Assembly: GCA_029260055.1 (NCBI GenBank)
Contig: JAJDDX010000382.1
Location: forward strand, 2,562 to 66,561
Length of the DNA stretch: 64,000 nucleotides
Source of the DNA: Phycisphaerae bacterium
Lineage (GTDB): Bacteria > Planctomycetota > Phycisphaerae > UBA1845
Reading direction: 5' to 3'
The notes under the pieces are model-generated. The model was not told where the DNA came from. It searched no databases and saw only the letters and a list, made by a program, of their open reading frames with translations. Of the stretch, positions 1 through 8,273 are shown in pieces. Position 1 is the first letter of the stretch, and the number at the start of each line of letters is the position of its first letter. The translations under genes were made by a program, and so were the position numbers.

Positions 1-101
1 GGTGGCTCATCCCGCTCGTCATGGTGCTGCTGATCGTCGGGGTACTGCTCGTGTTCGCCAGCTCCTCACCCCTGGCGCCGTTCCTCTATCCGCTGTTCTG
101 A
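1..101 (+). CDS. 3' end of a membrane protein gene (partial, starts before the window)
   Basis: Frame 3 is open from nt 3 to TGA at 99-101. It encodes a hydrophobic helix (WLIPLVMVLLIVGVLLVFASSSPLAPFLYPLF). No family can be assigned. Confidence 0.3.
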   Translation, partial: WLIPLVMVLLIVGVLLVFASSSPLAPFLYPLF

Positions 102-114
102 CGAAGGCGACCGA

Positions 115-161
115 CGGGTGGCCCATCTCATGAGCGAAGCGGTGAGATGGGGGAGCCGATG
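115..161. repeat. GGGTGG-headed palindromic element, type C, copy 1
   Basis: Sequence is GGGTGGGCCCATCTCATGAGCGAAGCGGTGAGATGGGGGAGCCGATG, with arms CCCATCTCA (122-130) and TGAGATGGG (143-151). A near-identical copy lies at 1417-1462. Weaker similarity continues about 50 bp further in both copies. Confidence 0.8.
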
Positions 162-360
162 ATCGCTGCACAAGCGGGAAGGGTGCGATTCGCCCGCCTA
201 TCTCAGACGATCGCGCGGGTCCATGCGTGCGAATCGCTCATTCCGAACACCCCGTCCTTGCCGGCCGGATTATGTTCGTGCGAACTAGCGCGCGCCTCGC
301 AAACTCGGAAGGATCGGCGGGCAGATTGCCCGCTCTACCGGCCGCGCCGCATCCTGAACG

Positions 361-1002
361 CTATCGCCTCGGTGTTGGCTTCCGGCCGTGTCGTAGCAGG
401 TGCTCTGGCAGATCAGGCTCTTGCGTGGCGGGTCCTTGCACATCAGTTACGGGGGTATCGGTACCGCATTCAGAGCAGCGACCCGAAACATTGCCTGTCA
501 GGTCATAGCCGCAAGCACCGCAGGCGACTCCCCGCGTGCCTTTCCACCGCTTGCTGCCGGAACGAAGCCCGAAAAAGGTACCAGCCGATGCCGTGACTAC
601 ACAGTGGACCAAAGCTGCCAATGCCGCGGGATACGCCTCGCGGGGGGGGGCGGCGCCAGGGTACGTCAGCCCGACGAACGCCAGACACGGCGCCAAGTAG
701 ACGAATGGGTTCGCGAGGATCCACTGTACACCGAACCGGCCGGAACCTTGCCTGCGGCCAACAAGTAAGCCGGAAACATACCCCGAACAAGGCGGCAGAA
801 GGAGGGACATAGGGGCCGCAAAGCAGCCGCCCAGCCCCGTAGCGAGCCCGATGAGAATGAAGCTGAGGAGGGCCGTTCCAATCGCGGCCGTTACGCCGAT
901 GGCCACCGTCGTACGAAGTGCTACGGCGTCACCCGGGACCCCAACGATGCCCCCGACGCCCAAGTCGGGTTGCTGGTTTCTGCCCGGATTGCCTGGTTGC
1001 AT
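361..1002 (-). CDS. Multi-pass membrane protein with a C-terminal CxxC...CxxC zinc ribbon
   Basis: 213-aa ORF with several hydrophobic segments. It ends in CGACGYDLTGNVSGRCSECG, a zinc-ribbon pattern. The overlapping plus-strand ORFs look like composition artefacts. Confidence 0.5.
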   Translation of the reverse strand: MQPGNPGRNQQPDLGVGGIVGVPGDAVALRTTVAIGVTAAIGTALLSFILIGLATGLGGCFAAPMSLLLPPCSGYVSGLLVGRRQGSGRFGVQWILANPFVYLAPCLAFVGLTYPGAAPPREAYPAALAALVHCVVTASAGTFFGLRSGSKRWKGTRGVACGACGYDLTGNVSGRCSECGTDTPVTDVQGPATQEPDLPEHLLRHGRKPTPRR

Positions 1003-1416
1003 GCACTCGCTCCCGCGTTACCTCGTGCGGCAGGCCGGAAGCTAATTCAAGACTCCCGTGCAACTGCGTCTTTGATCAAGCTAAGGCCGCTTGCGGACAG
1101 TCATGGGACCTTGATCGTCCGCACAGTACGCCCAGCAGTATACACCAAAGCCAAGCGGCGGTGCCACGTACGGTGAAAGTGGGTAGGTAGGGCGTTTCGT
1201 CCGCCTCTCGCGGGCGCATGTGAGAGTCTGTGAAGCTGCATGGGCAGAGCCCCAGAGGGGCGGCGCGTTTGTAGCCCACGGCGTGAGCCGTGGGTTAGCG
1301 ATGCGGTGCGCGCCCCCAAGCCCCGGCAGGGGCGACACATTTGCCTGGGCCGCCTCGACCACAAGTCCCTTTCGGGCCTCTCCGGGAACACACGCGTCGC
1401 GCTCCGAGATGCCGTC

Positions 1417-1462
1417 GGGTGGCCCAACTCATGAGCGAAGCGGTGAGATGGGGGAGCCGATG
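1417..1462. repeat. GGGTGG-headed palindromic element, type C, copy 2
   Basis: Sequence is GGGTGGCCCAACTCATGAGCGAAGCGGTGAGATGGGGGAGCCGATG. It matches 115-161 apart from one indel and one substitution in the left arm. Confidence 0.8.
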
Positions 1463-1698
1463 CTCGTTGCATAATGGCCTCACCACTCGAATTCGCTTCC
1501 CGTATCCGCGCTCTGGGCGCCGTTCGCGATAGCCCTCGCGGCGAGGGGGCGGCACCTTCCATTCAGGCGCGACCCCGAAAGGTCGATAAACCTCACGGTA
1601 CGGCGCACCAATCCGAGTAGTTACCGGTGCGCGTGATTATCGGACGCCGATTGCGCCGCGAGAGCGGCCGCGGCGATGTCCCGTGAGGAATCAGCGCG

Positions 1699-2802
1699 TT
1701 GTCGGCCAAACCAACCAAGTTCCTGTGCGTATGCGGCGCTCGGCCGAACTTCATGAAGATTGCGCCGATCATGGACGCCCTGGCGCGCGTCGACGGCGCC
1801 GAAACACGGCTGATCCACACGGGCCAACATTACGACGAGCGCATGAGCCGGCTCTTCTTCGATGAACTCGGCATCCCCAAGCCGCACATCAATCTCGATG
1901 TCGGCAGCGGATCGCACGCCAGTCAAACCGCCGAGATCATGAAACGCTTCGAGGCTGTCTGCACCGAGTTCGAGCCGGACTGGGTCATCGTGGTGGGGGA
2001 TGTGAACGGGACGATGGCGGCCGCGATCACCGCCGTCAAACTCGGCAGGAAGGTCGCCCATGTCGAGGCCGGGCTCCGCAGCTTCGATCGCACGATGCCG
2101 GAAGAAGTCAACCGCATCCTCACCGATTCGATCAGCGACGTGCTGTTCGCGACCGAGCCCAGCGGGGTCGAGAACCTTCAGCGTGAAGGCATGACCAACG
2201 GCAAGGTACACCTCGTCGGCAACGTCATGGTCGATACGCTCCTGCGGCATAAGTCCGCTGCCGCCGCTTCGACGATCCTCACGACCGTCGGCGTGAGCGC
2301 GAAAGCCTACGCCCTCGCGACCCTCCATCGGCCGAGCAACGTCGATAACCGCGAGACGCTGGTGTCCATCCTCGATGCTCTCGACGTGATCGCTGCGGAC
2401 ATGCCCGTCGTACTGCCCGTTCATCCCCGCACGAAGGAGAAGATCGACGCGTTCGGGCTCGCGGCGCGCGTTGACGCTTCGGCGGGCCTACGCATGATCG
2501 AGCCTTTGGGCTATCTCGACTTCTTGAAGCTGATGGACAACGCAGCCATTGTGCTGACGGATTCGGGTGGTATACAAGAGGAGACGACGGTCTTGGGTGT
2601 GCCCTGTTTGACGCTCCGTGAGAACACCGAGCGGCCCATCACCATCACGCAGGGCACGAACCGTCTCACCGGATCCAGCACGAATCGAATTCTTGAGGCG
2701 TATTCTGAGATGCGCCGCGATCCTCCGGCCGCCTGCGTCGTAGATATGTGGGACGGCAGGGCGGCTGAGCGGATCGTGCAGACACTACTGAATTGCCGAT
2801 GA
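1699..2802 (+). CDS. wecB: UDP-N-acetylglucosamine 2-epimerase (non-hydrolysing)
   Basis: Family signatures GARPNFMKIAP, HTGQHYD, GSGSHA.QTA and VAHVEAGLRSFDRTMPEEVNR. TTG start is preceded by GAGGAA at 1685-1690. Confidence 0.9.
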   Translation: MSAKPTKFLCVCGARPNFMKIAPIMDALARVDGAETRLIHTGQHYDERMSRLFFDELGIPKPHINLDVGSGSHASQTAEIMKRFEAVCTEFEPDWVIVVGDVNGTMAAAITAVKLGRKVAHVEAGLRSFDRTMPEEVNRILTDSISDVLFATEPSGVENLQREGMTNGKVHLVGNVMVDTLLRHKSAAAASTILTTVGVSAKAYALATLHRPSNVDNRETLVSILDALDVIAADMPVVLPVHPRTKEKIDAFGLAARVDASAGLRMIEPLGYLDFLKLMDNAAIVLTDSGGIQEETTVLGVPCLTLRENTERPITITQGTNRLTGSSTNRILEAYSEMRRDPPAACVVDMWDGRAAERIVQTLLNCR

Positions 2803-2845
2803 TGCGACGGGCCCGCCAAGCCGGTCGCGGGCCGGGAGAAGATCA

Positions 2846-4177
2846 ATGCGAATCGCTGTGGTAGGTACCGGGTACGTAGGACTAGTCACGGGCCCCTGTT
2901 TCGCCGAGAGCGGGAACCGAGTCATCTGCGTTGACGTGGATGAGCGGAAGATCCAGATGCTCCGCAACGGGGAGATTCCGATCTACGAGCCGGGGCTCGA
3001 GGAGATCGTGAAGCGCAACGCAGCCGCCAACCGCCTCTTTTTCACGACCGATCTGCCCAAGGCGATCAAGGACTCGCGAATCATCTTCCTGGCCGTCGGT
3101 ACACCACCGGCGGCGGACGGCTCAGCCGATCTCAGCGCCATCCTCGACGTGGCCGGCACCATTGGCCGCGTGATGGACGACTACCGCATCATCGTGATGA
3201 AGAGCACCGTGCCGGTCGGTACGCACAAGAAGGTCATGGAGGCGATCGCGCAGAACACCGACCATCCATTCGATTACGTCAGCAACCCCGAGTTCCTGAA
3301 AGAAGGGGCGGCGATCGACGACTTTACCAAGCCCGACCGCGTGGTGATCGGCGCGACGAACCCGGCGGTCGTCATGGTAATGAAGGAACTCTACGGGGCT
3401 TTCATGCGGCGTAGCGAGCGGATCTACGTCATGGACCCGGCTTCCGCGGAAATGACGAAGTACGCCGCCAATGCCATGCTCGCCACGCGCATCTCCTTCA
3501 TGAACGAGATATCAAACCTATGTGACCGCTTCGGCGCCGACGTGGAGTTGGTTCGCCGGGGTATCGGGTCGGATACACGTATTGGCAACGCGTTTCTTTT
3601 CCCCGGCGTGGGCTACGGTGGATCGTGCTTCCCGAAGGACGTCAGCGCCCTGGTAAAGATGGGCGAGTCGGTCGACTTCCCCGCGAGCATTGTCGAGGCG
3701 GTGCAGGAGGTCAATCAGCGGCAGCGCCGCATCTTCGCCCAGCGCGTGATCGACCACTTCGGCGACGACTGCAAGGGCAAGACGTTGGCCGTCTGGGGTT
3801 TGGCCTTCAAGGCGCGTACGGATGACGTACGCGAGTCACCCGCGATTGCCGCGATCGAGATGTTCCTGGAAAAGGGCATGAAGATCCGTGCACACGACCC
3901 CGAGGCCATGGGGACCGCAGCCGCGGCGCTCAAAGAGACCGGGCGGAAGGTCGACATGTGCGAGGACGGCTACGACTGCCTCGACGGCGCCGACGCGCTG
4001 GTGATCTTCACCGACTGGGGCACGTTCCGTACGCCGGACTTCGACCTCATGGCCGAGCGAATGCCGAACAAGCTGATCTTCGACGGAAGGAACATGTACG
4101 ACCCGGTGCTGCTCGCCAAGCGCGGCTTCACCTATGCAAGCATCGGCCGACCGACCCTGGAACCGAACGGGGCATAG
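2846..4177 (+). CDS. ugd: UDP-glucose/UDP-sugar 6-dehydrogenase
   Basis: N-terminal Rossmann motif MRIAVVGTGYVGLVTG, then IPIYEPGLE and the catalytic GGSCFPKD motif. 443 aa. Confidence 0.9.
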   Translation: MRIAVVGTGYVGLVTGPCFAESGNRVICVDVDERKIQMLRNGEIPIYEPGLEEIVKRNAAANRLFFTTDLPKAIKDSRIIFLAVGTPPAADGSADLSAILDVAGTIGRVMDDYRIIVMKSTVPVGTHKKVMEAIAQNTDHPFDYVSNPEFLKEGAAIDDFTKPDRVVIGATNPAVVMVMKELYGAFMRRSERIYVMDPASAEMTKYAANAMLATRISFMNEISNLCDRFGADVELVRRGIGSDTRIGNAFLFPGVGYGGSCFPKDVSALVKMGESVDFPASIVEAVQEVNQRQRRIFAQRVIDHFGDDCKGKTLAVWGLAFKARTDDVRESPAIAAIEMFLEKGMKIRAHDPEAMGTAAAALKETGRKVDMCEDGYDCLDGADALVIFTDWGTFRTPDFDLMAERMPNKLIFDGRNMYDPVLLAKRGFTYASIGRPTLEPNGA

Positions 4178-4370
4178 ATCACGCTCGCCGTCAGACTGCC
4201 GTGAAGTTGCCTACTTCCTCCATTGTACCGGCGAGCCCGCACGACCGAACGGCGTCGCGGATTGCACTTACAGGCGATTCGCGGTGCAATCTCGAAACGA
4301 GACGCCGGGTGACGGCTCTCGATACGATCCCACCGCGCGGCTTGACGGTGTGTCGCGGAAGAGGCGCAAG

Positions 4371-5336
4371 ATGAAAGCACTGATCACGGGCGGCGCGGGG
4401 TTCATCGGGTCCCATCTGGCGGACCGCCTCATCTCAGACGGCCACCACGTCACTGCACTCGACGACCTGAGCACCGGAAGCCTGTTGAACCTGGAAGGCC
4501 TTCTGGAGCATGACCGCTTCCAACTCGTCATCGACGACGTGCGAAACTCCGAGACCGTCCACCTTCTGGTCGAACGGTGCGATGTCGTCTTCCACCTCGC
4601 AGCCGCCGTGGGCGTGCAGCTCATCGTCGATGAACCCGTCCACACGATAGAGACGAACATTCACGGCACCGAGGTCGTGATGAGCGTGGCCAACAAGTTC
4701 CGTAAAAAGCTGCTGCTCGCCTCGACGAGTGAGGTCTACGGCAAGAGCGAGAACGTGCCGTTCCGCGAGGACGACGATACGGTGCTGGGATCGACGCGTT
4801 TTTCGCGTTGGTCCTATGCCTGCTCCAAAGCGATCGACGAGTTCCTCGGGCTTGCCTATCACGATCAGTACGGACTCGAAGTCGTCGTGGCTCGGTTCTT
4901 CAACACGGTGGGACCCCGCCAGGCCGGGCAGTACGGCATGGTGATCCCGCGCTTTGTAGAGCGGGCGCTTCGCGGCGAGCCACTGCAAATATATGGCACC
5001 GGCGCGCAGAAGCGGTGCTTTGCCTACGTTGGCGACGTGGCGGATTGCGTACTGCGTCTGATGGACTGCCCGGCTGCCTGTGGCCGCGTGTTCAACATCG
5101 GCTCGACCGAAGAAGTTTCGATGGAACAGCTCGCCGACAAGATCATCGAGATGACCGGCGGCAAGAGTAAGAAGCAGTTCCTTTCATACGAGGAGGCGTA
5201 TGGTCGGCCGTTCGATGACATGATGCGCCGTGTACCGTGCCTCGACCGCGTGCGCGACGCCGTCGGGTTCGAGCCGAAGACTGATCTGACGAAGATCCTG
5301 GAAATGGTCATCGAGGAGAAGCGCAGCCGGCTTTGA
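4371..5336 (+). CDS. NAD-dependent nucleotide-sugar epimerase/dehydratase (extended SDR)
   Basis: MKALITGGAGFIGSH Rossmann motif, STSEVYG, and YACSK (the YxxxK catalytic motif). I moved the start to the ATG at 4371 because the 79 codons upstream in the ORF track have no SDR similarity. Confidence 0.85.
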   Translation: MKALITGGAGFIGSHLADRLISDGHHVTALDDLSTGSLLNLEGLLEHDRFQLVIDDVRNSETVHLLVERCDVVFHLAAAVGVQLIVDEPVHTIETNIHGTEVVMSVANKFRKKLLLASTSEVYGKSENVPFREDDDTVLGSTRFSRWSYACSKAIDEFLGLAYHDQYGLEVVVARFFNTVGPRQAGQYGMVIPRFVERALRGEPLQIYGTGAQKRCFAYVGDVADCVLRLMDCPAACGRVFNIGSTEEVSMEQLADKIIEMTGGKSKKQFLSYEEAYGRPFDDMMRRVPCLDRVRDAVGFEPKTDLTKILEMVIEEKRSRL

Positions 5337-5388
5337 GCGTCGACGGGGCGAGATCCCCATGGGTTGACGCTCGCCGCCGCTCGACGAC

Positions 5389-6066
5389 ATGGGCGACGAT
5401 TCCCCGACAATCTCGAACGCCCCGACCAACGCGCGCGCCAGTGCCGCGGTTCGGTTGATGCAACGTGACGACGCCCTAGCGGTCGCGCAGCAACATAGTC
5501 AGGGCATCACGGGCGGGTTCCTCAGCACGTTGGGCGATCGATTCCTGGCGCATCTCTACCGCGGGATCGCCTCGAACCCGCGCGGCTTCGTCTTCGTGGC
5601 CGTTGATGATGCCGGGCGGGTCGTCGGTTTCGTCGCTGGTGCCGACAGCGTCAGCCGCCTCTATCGGTCGGTTCTTCTTCGGCGTGGCTGGCTGCTCGCT
5701 GGTACCCTCATACGCCACTTCCTGCGCCCGAGTACCGTTCGGCGGATCATCGAGACCTTGCGTTACCCCAAGCAGGTGGAGGGCGACTCTCCAGAGCCGG
5801 AACTGCTCTCCATCGTGGTCGATCCGCAGTGGCGCGGCTCGGGTGTGGCGAGCCATCTCGTCGACGCCCTCGTGGCGGAATTCCGACGCCGGAGGTGCTC
5901 GCCGGTGAAGGTCATCGTCGGCGCGGGACTGGACCGAGCGAATGCGTTCTACGTGCGATACGGGTTCCGACTCGCCGGGTCGATCACCAGCCACGGCGAC
6001 AAAGCGAACGTATACACGATCGAGGTCGACGAAGGCGGCCCCGCGGGTGGCATGGGCAAGCCGTAG
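5389..6066 (+). CDS. GNAT-family N-acetyltransferase
   Basis: Acetyl-CoA binding region LLSIVVDPQWRGSGVASHLV and C-terminal AFYVRYGF. The last 5 codons and the stop lie inside the first copy of the hairpin repeat array. Confidence 0.75.
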   Translation: MGDDSPTISNAPTNARASAAVRLMQRDDALAVAQQHSQGITGGFLSTLGDRFLAHLYRGIASNPRGFVFVAVDDAGRVVGFVAGADSVSRLYRSVLLRRGWLLAGTLIRHFLRPSTVRRIIETLRYPKQVEGDSPEPELLSIVVDPQWRGSGVASHLVDALVAEFRRRRCSPVKVIVGAGLDRANAFYVRYGFRLAGSITSHGDKANVYTIEVDEGGPAGGMGKP

Positions 6067-6302
6067 CCTGCCCGAGTTTCGCAAAGGGTGGCATGGGCAA
6101 GCCCCGGCTTGCCCGTGCCCTACGGAAAGCGAGGGACGGGTGCCACGGACAAGCCTCAGCTTGTCCGTGCTGCGCGAAGGGCGAAAGACGGGTGGCATGG
6201 GCAAGCCTCAGCTTGCCCGTGTTGATACAAACTCGGAACTGGTGGACAAGCCACCAGTGGCACCCCGTGGGGTGGCATGAGCAAGCGCTAGCTTGCCCGT
6301 GT
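6045..6302. repeat. Tandem array of GGGTGG-headed hairpin elements (type A, 5 copies, plus one type B)
   Basis: GGGTGGCATGGGCAAGC-N4-GCTTGCCCGTG units begin near 6045, 6086, 6138, 6190 and 6270, with a period of about 52 bp. Linkers share GGAAAGCGA. A different hairpin, GGTGGACAAGCCACC, lies at 6241-6255. Copy 3 is CACGGACAAGC-CTCA-GCTTGTCCGTG, which carries paired changes that keep the stem. Confidence 0.85.
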
Positions 6303-6320
6303 CTTGCGGAAAGCGACGGC

Positions 6321-8225
6321 ATGTGTGGCATAGCGGGCATATTAGGGCACGCGGATTCTGATCGCCTCAGGGCGATGGCAGGCGCACTGTGCCACCGCGG
6401 CCCGGACGACGAGGGGTATTGGACCTCGCCCGACGGTGTCGTCGGACTAGCCCATCGCCGTCTGTCCATCATCGACCCCGAGTGCGGCCATCAGCCATTA
6501 GCCAATGAGGATGGGCAGGTCGTCACCGTCTTTAACGGTGCGATCTACAACTACCGCGAGTTGCGCGACGACCTGAGCAGCCGAGGCCACGTCTTTCGAA
6601 CGAGCAGCGACACCGAGACCATCGTTCATCTGTACGAAGAGGAAGGCGTCGACTTCGCCGCCAAGCTGCGCGGCATGTTCGCCATTGCATTGTGGGATGA
6701 ACGCGACCGGCAACTCGTGCTCGTGCGTGATCGTGTGGGGAAGAAGCCCCTCTATTACAGCGAAACGGCGAACGAGCTACTCTTCGCTTCCGAAATCAAG
6801 GCTATCGTAGCCGCCTTGGGCGGTGCGCCGGCGCTCGATGAGCAGGCATTGTCCGACTACCTGAGTTGGGGTGTGGTGCCGCAGCCGGCCACGATCTACC
6901 GTTCGATTCGATCCCTCATGCCGGGCGAGATGGCGGTCGTGCGTGATGGCCGCATCGTCCGGCGCAAGCGGTACTGGACGCAGCGCATGGAGCCGAAGGT
7001 CGCCGTCTCGCGCGAGGAGGCGGTGGAGAGGGCGGATGCGTGCCTGCAGGAGGCTGTCGCCCTGCGGCTTCGCTCGGACGTGCCGGTCGGCGCGTTCCTT
7101 TCGGGTGGAATCGACAGCGGCATCGTGACGGCGATGGCGGCGTCGCGTTACCCCGGCACGCTGACCACGGTGACCGTAGGGTTCGACGACGGCTCGTTCG
7201 ACGAGCGGCCGCTGGCGCGGCTCGTGGCTGATCGCTACGGCACGGAGCACCATGAGTTACTGGTGAAGCCCGATGTGGTCAACGATATCGAGACCATCGT
7301 CCGGGCGTACGATCAACCCTATGCCGACTCTTCCGCGATCCCCTCTTTCTACGTGGCTCGCGCCGCCAGGCAGTTCGTCAAGGTCGTGCTCAACGGCGAC
7401 GGCGGGGACGAGGTGTTCGCCGGCTACCGTCGTTACATCGCAGCGCGGCTGAGCGGGGTCCTTCAGGCGTTCGACGGAGAGGCTGATCGCACGGCTTGGA
7501 ACGTGTTGTCACGGTTGATGCCGATGCCACGGACGTTCCGGTCCGGATATGCTTTCGCGCACCGATTCGCGCGCGGCATGGCGCTTGATCCGGCGAGCCG
7601 CTTCATGGCATGGTCGCTCGACGGCTTCACCGAGGCGCGCAAACGCGAGCTGGCCGGGCGGAGCGCCTCGTGGCTCGATCGAGTCGAGTCGAGCGATCGG
7701 TTCGCGCAGGGCCTGCTGGGTGAACTTGCTACTGCAGGTCAGCTCGATCGCATGCTGGGGATCGACTTGGCCACCGTGCTGCCGTTCGACTTTCTGGTCA
7801 AGATGGATATTGCGTGCATGGCTCATGGGCTCGAGGCGCGGTCGCCGCTGTTGGATCAGGAACTCGTCGAAACCGTGTCGCGGTTCCCGGAAGCGATCAA
7901 ACTAGGCGGGACGGCGACCAAACCCATCCTGCGCGATCTGGCGGCTCGGTACGTGCCGGAGGCGGTGAGGGCGGCTCCCAAACGCGGCTTCGAAGTGCCG
8001 TTGCTGCGCTGGCTTCGCACCGACCTGCGCGGCCTCTCGCATGACGTGATCCTGTCGCGTGACGGGCTCCTGAGCCACTTGTTCGATCGCTCCGCACTCG
8101 AGCGATTCGTGAGATGCGAAGAAGGTCTAGACCCGGCGAGGTGGGCGCGTGGCGTCTGGACGCTGCTGACACTCGGCATGTGGGATCATGGCACTCGCAA
8201 GGTCGCCGCCGCACCGTTAGGATAG
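6321..8225 (+). CDS. asnB: Asparagine synthase (glutamine-hydrolysing)-like amidotransferase
   Basis: Starts MCGIAGILGH, the Ntn amidotransferase Cys2. Also has SDTE, SGGIDS (PP-loop) and LNGDGGDE motifs. The 164-codon upstream extension in the ORF track is the repeat array, not coding sequence. Confidence 0.85.
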   Translation: MCGIAGILGHADSDRLRAMAGALCHRGPDDEGYWTSPDGVVGLAHRRLSIIDPECGHQPLANEDGQVVTVFNGAIYNYRELRDDLSSRGHVFRTSSDTETIVHLYEEEGVDFAAKLRGMFAIALWDERDRQLVLVRDRVGKKPLYYSETANELLFASEIKAIVAALGGAPALDEQALSDYLSWGVVPQPATIYRSIRSLMPGEMAVVRDGRIVRRKRYWTQRMEPKVAVSREEAVERADACLQEAVALRLRSDVPVGAFLSGGIDSGIVTAMAASRYPGTLTTVTVGFDDGSFDERPLARLVADRYGTEHHELLVKPDVVNDIETIVRAYDQPYADSSAIPSFYVARAARQFVKVVLNGDGGDEVFAGYRRYIAARLSGVLQAFDGEADRTAWNVLSRLMPMPRTFRSGYAFAHRFARGMALDPASRFMAWSLDGFTEARKRELAGRSASWLDRVESSDRFAQGLLGELATAGQLDRMLGIDLATVLPFDFLVKMDIACMAHGLEARSPLLDQELVETVSRFPEAIKLGGTATKPILRDLAARYVPEAVRAAPKRGFEVPLLRWLRTDLRGLSHDVILSRDGLLSHLFDRSALERFVRCEEGLDPARWARGVWTLLTLGMWDHGTRKVAAAPLG

Positions 8226-8273
8226 GGCGGCGGGACGCACGAGGCGCCCGCCCCACGACGCGATGGAGGATGG

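Noticed and set aside
147-1562. Multiple overlapping 60-150 aa ORFs on both strands in the first 1.6 kb.
   Set aside because: Apart from the zinc-ribbon membrane protein frame (361-1002, minus strand), they are mutually overlapping and Arg/Pro/Ala-rich. Several are just translations of the repeat elements, for example the MGEPM... peptides from the type C repeat.
6045-6302. Considered whether the tandem repeat array is a small CRISPR array.
   Set aside because: The repeats are internally palindromic units of about 31 bp, separated by linkers of about 20 bp that are similar to each other. True spacers would be unique and 30-40 bp long. No cas genes are nearby, and the same unit occurs singly at 58477.
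5829-6320. N-terminal 164-codon extension of the asnB ORF, encoding repeated GWHGQA.ACPC peptides.
   Set aside because: The periodic peptide is simply the translation of the hairpin repeat array. The amidotransferase must begin with Met-Cys (MCGIAG at 6321) because Cys2 is the catalytic N-terminal nucleophile.
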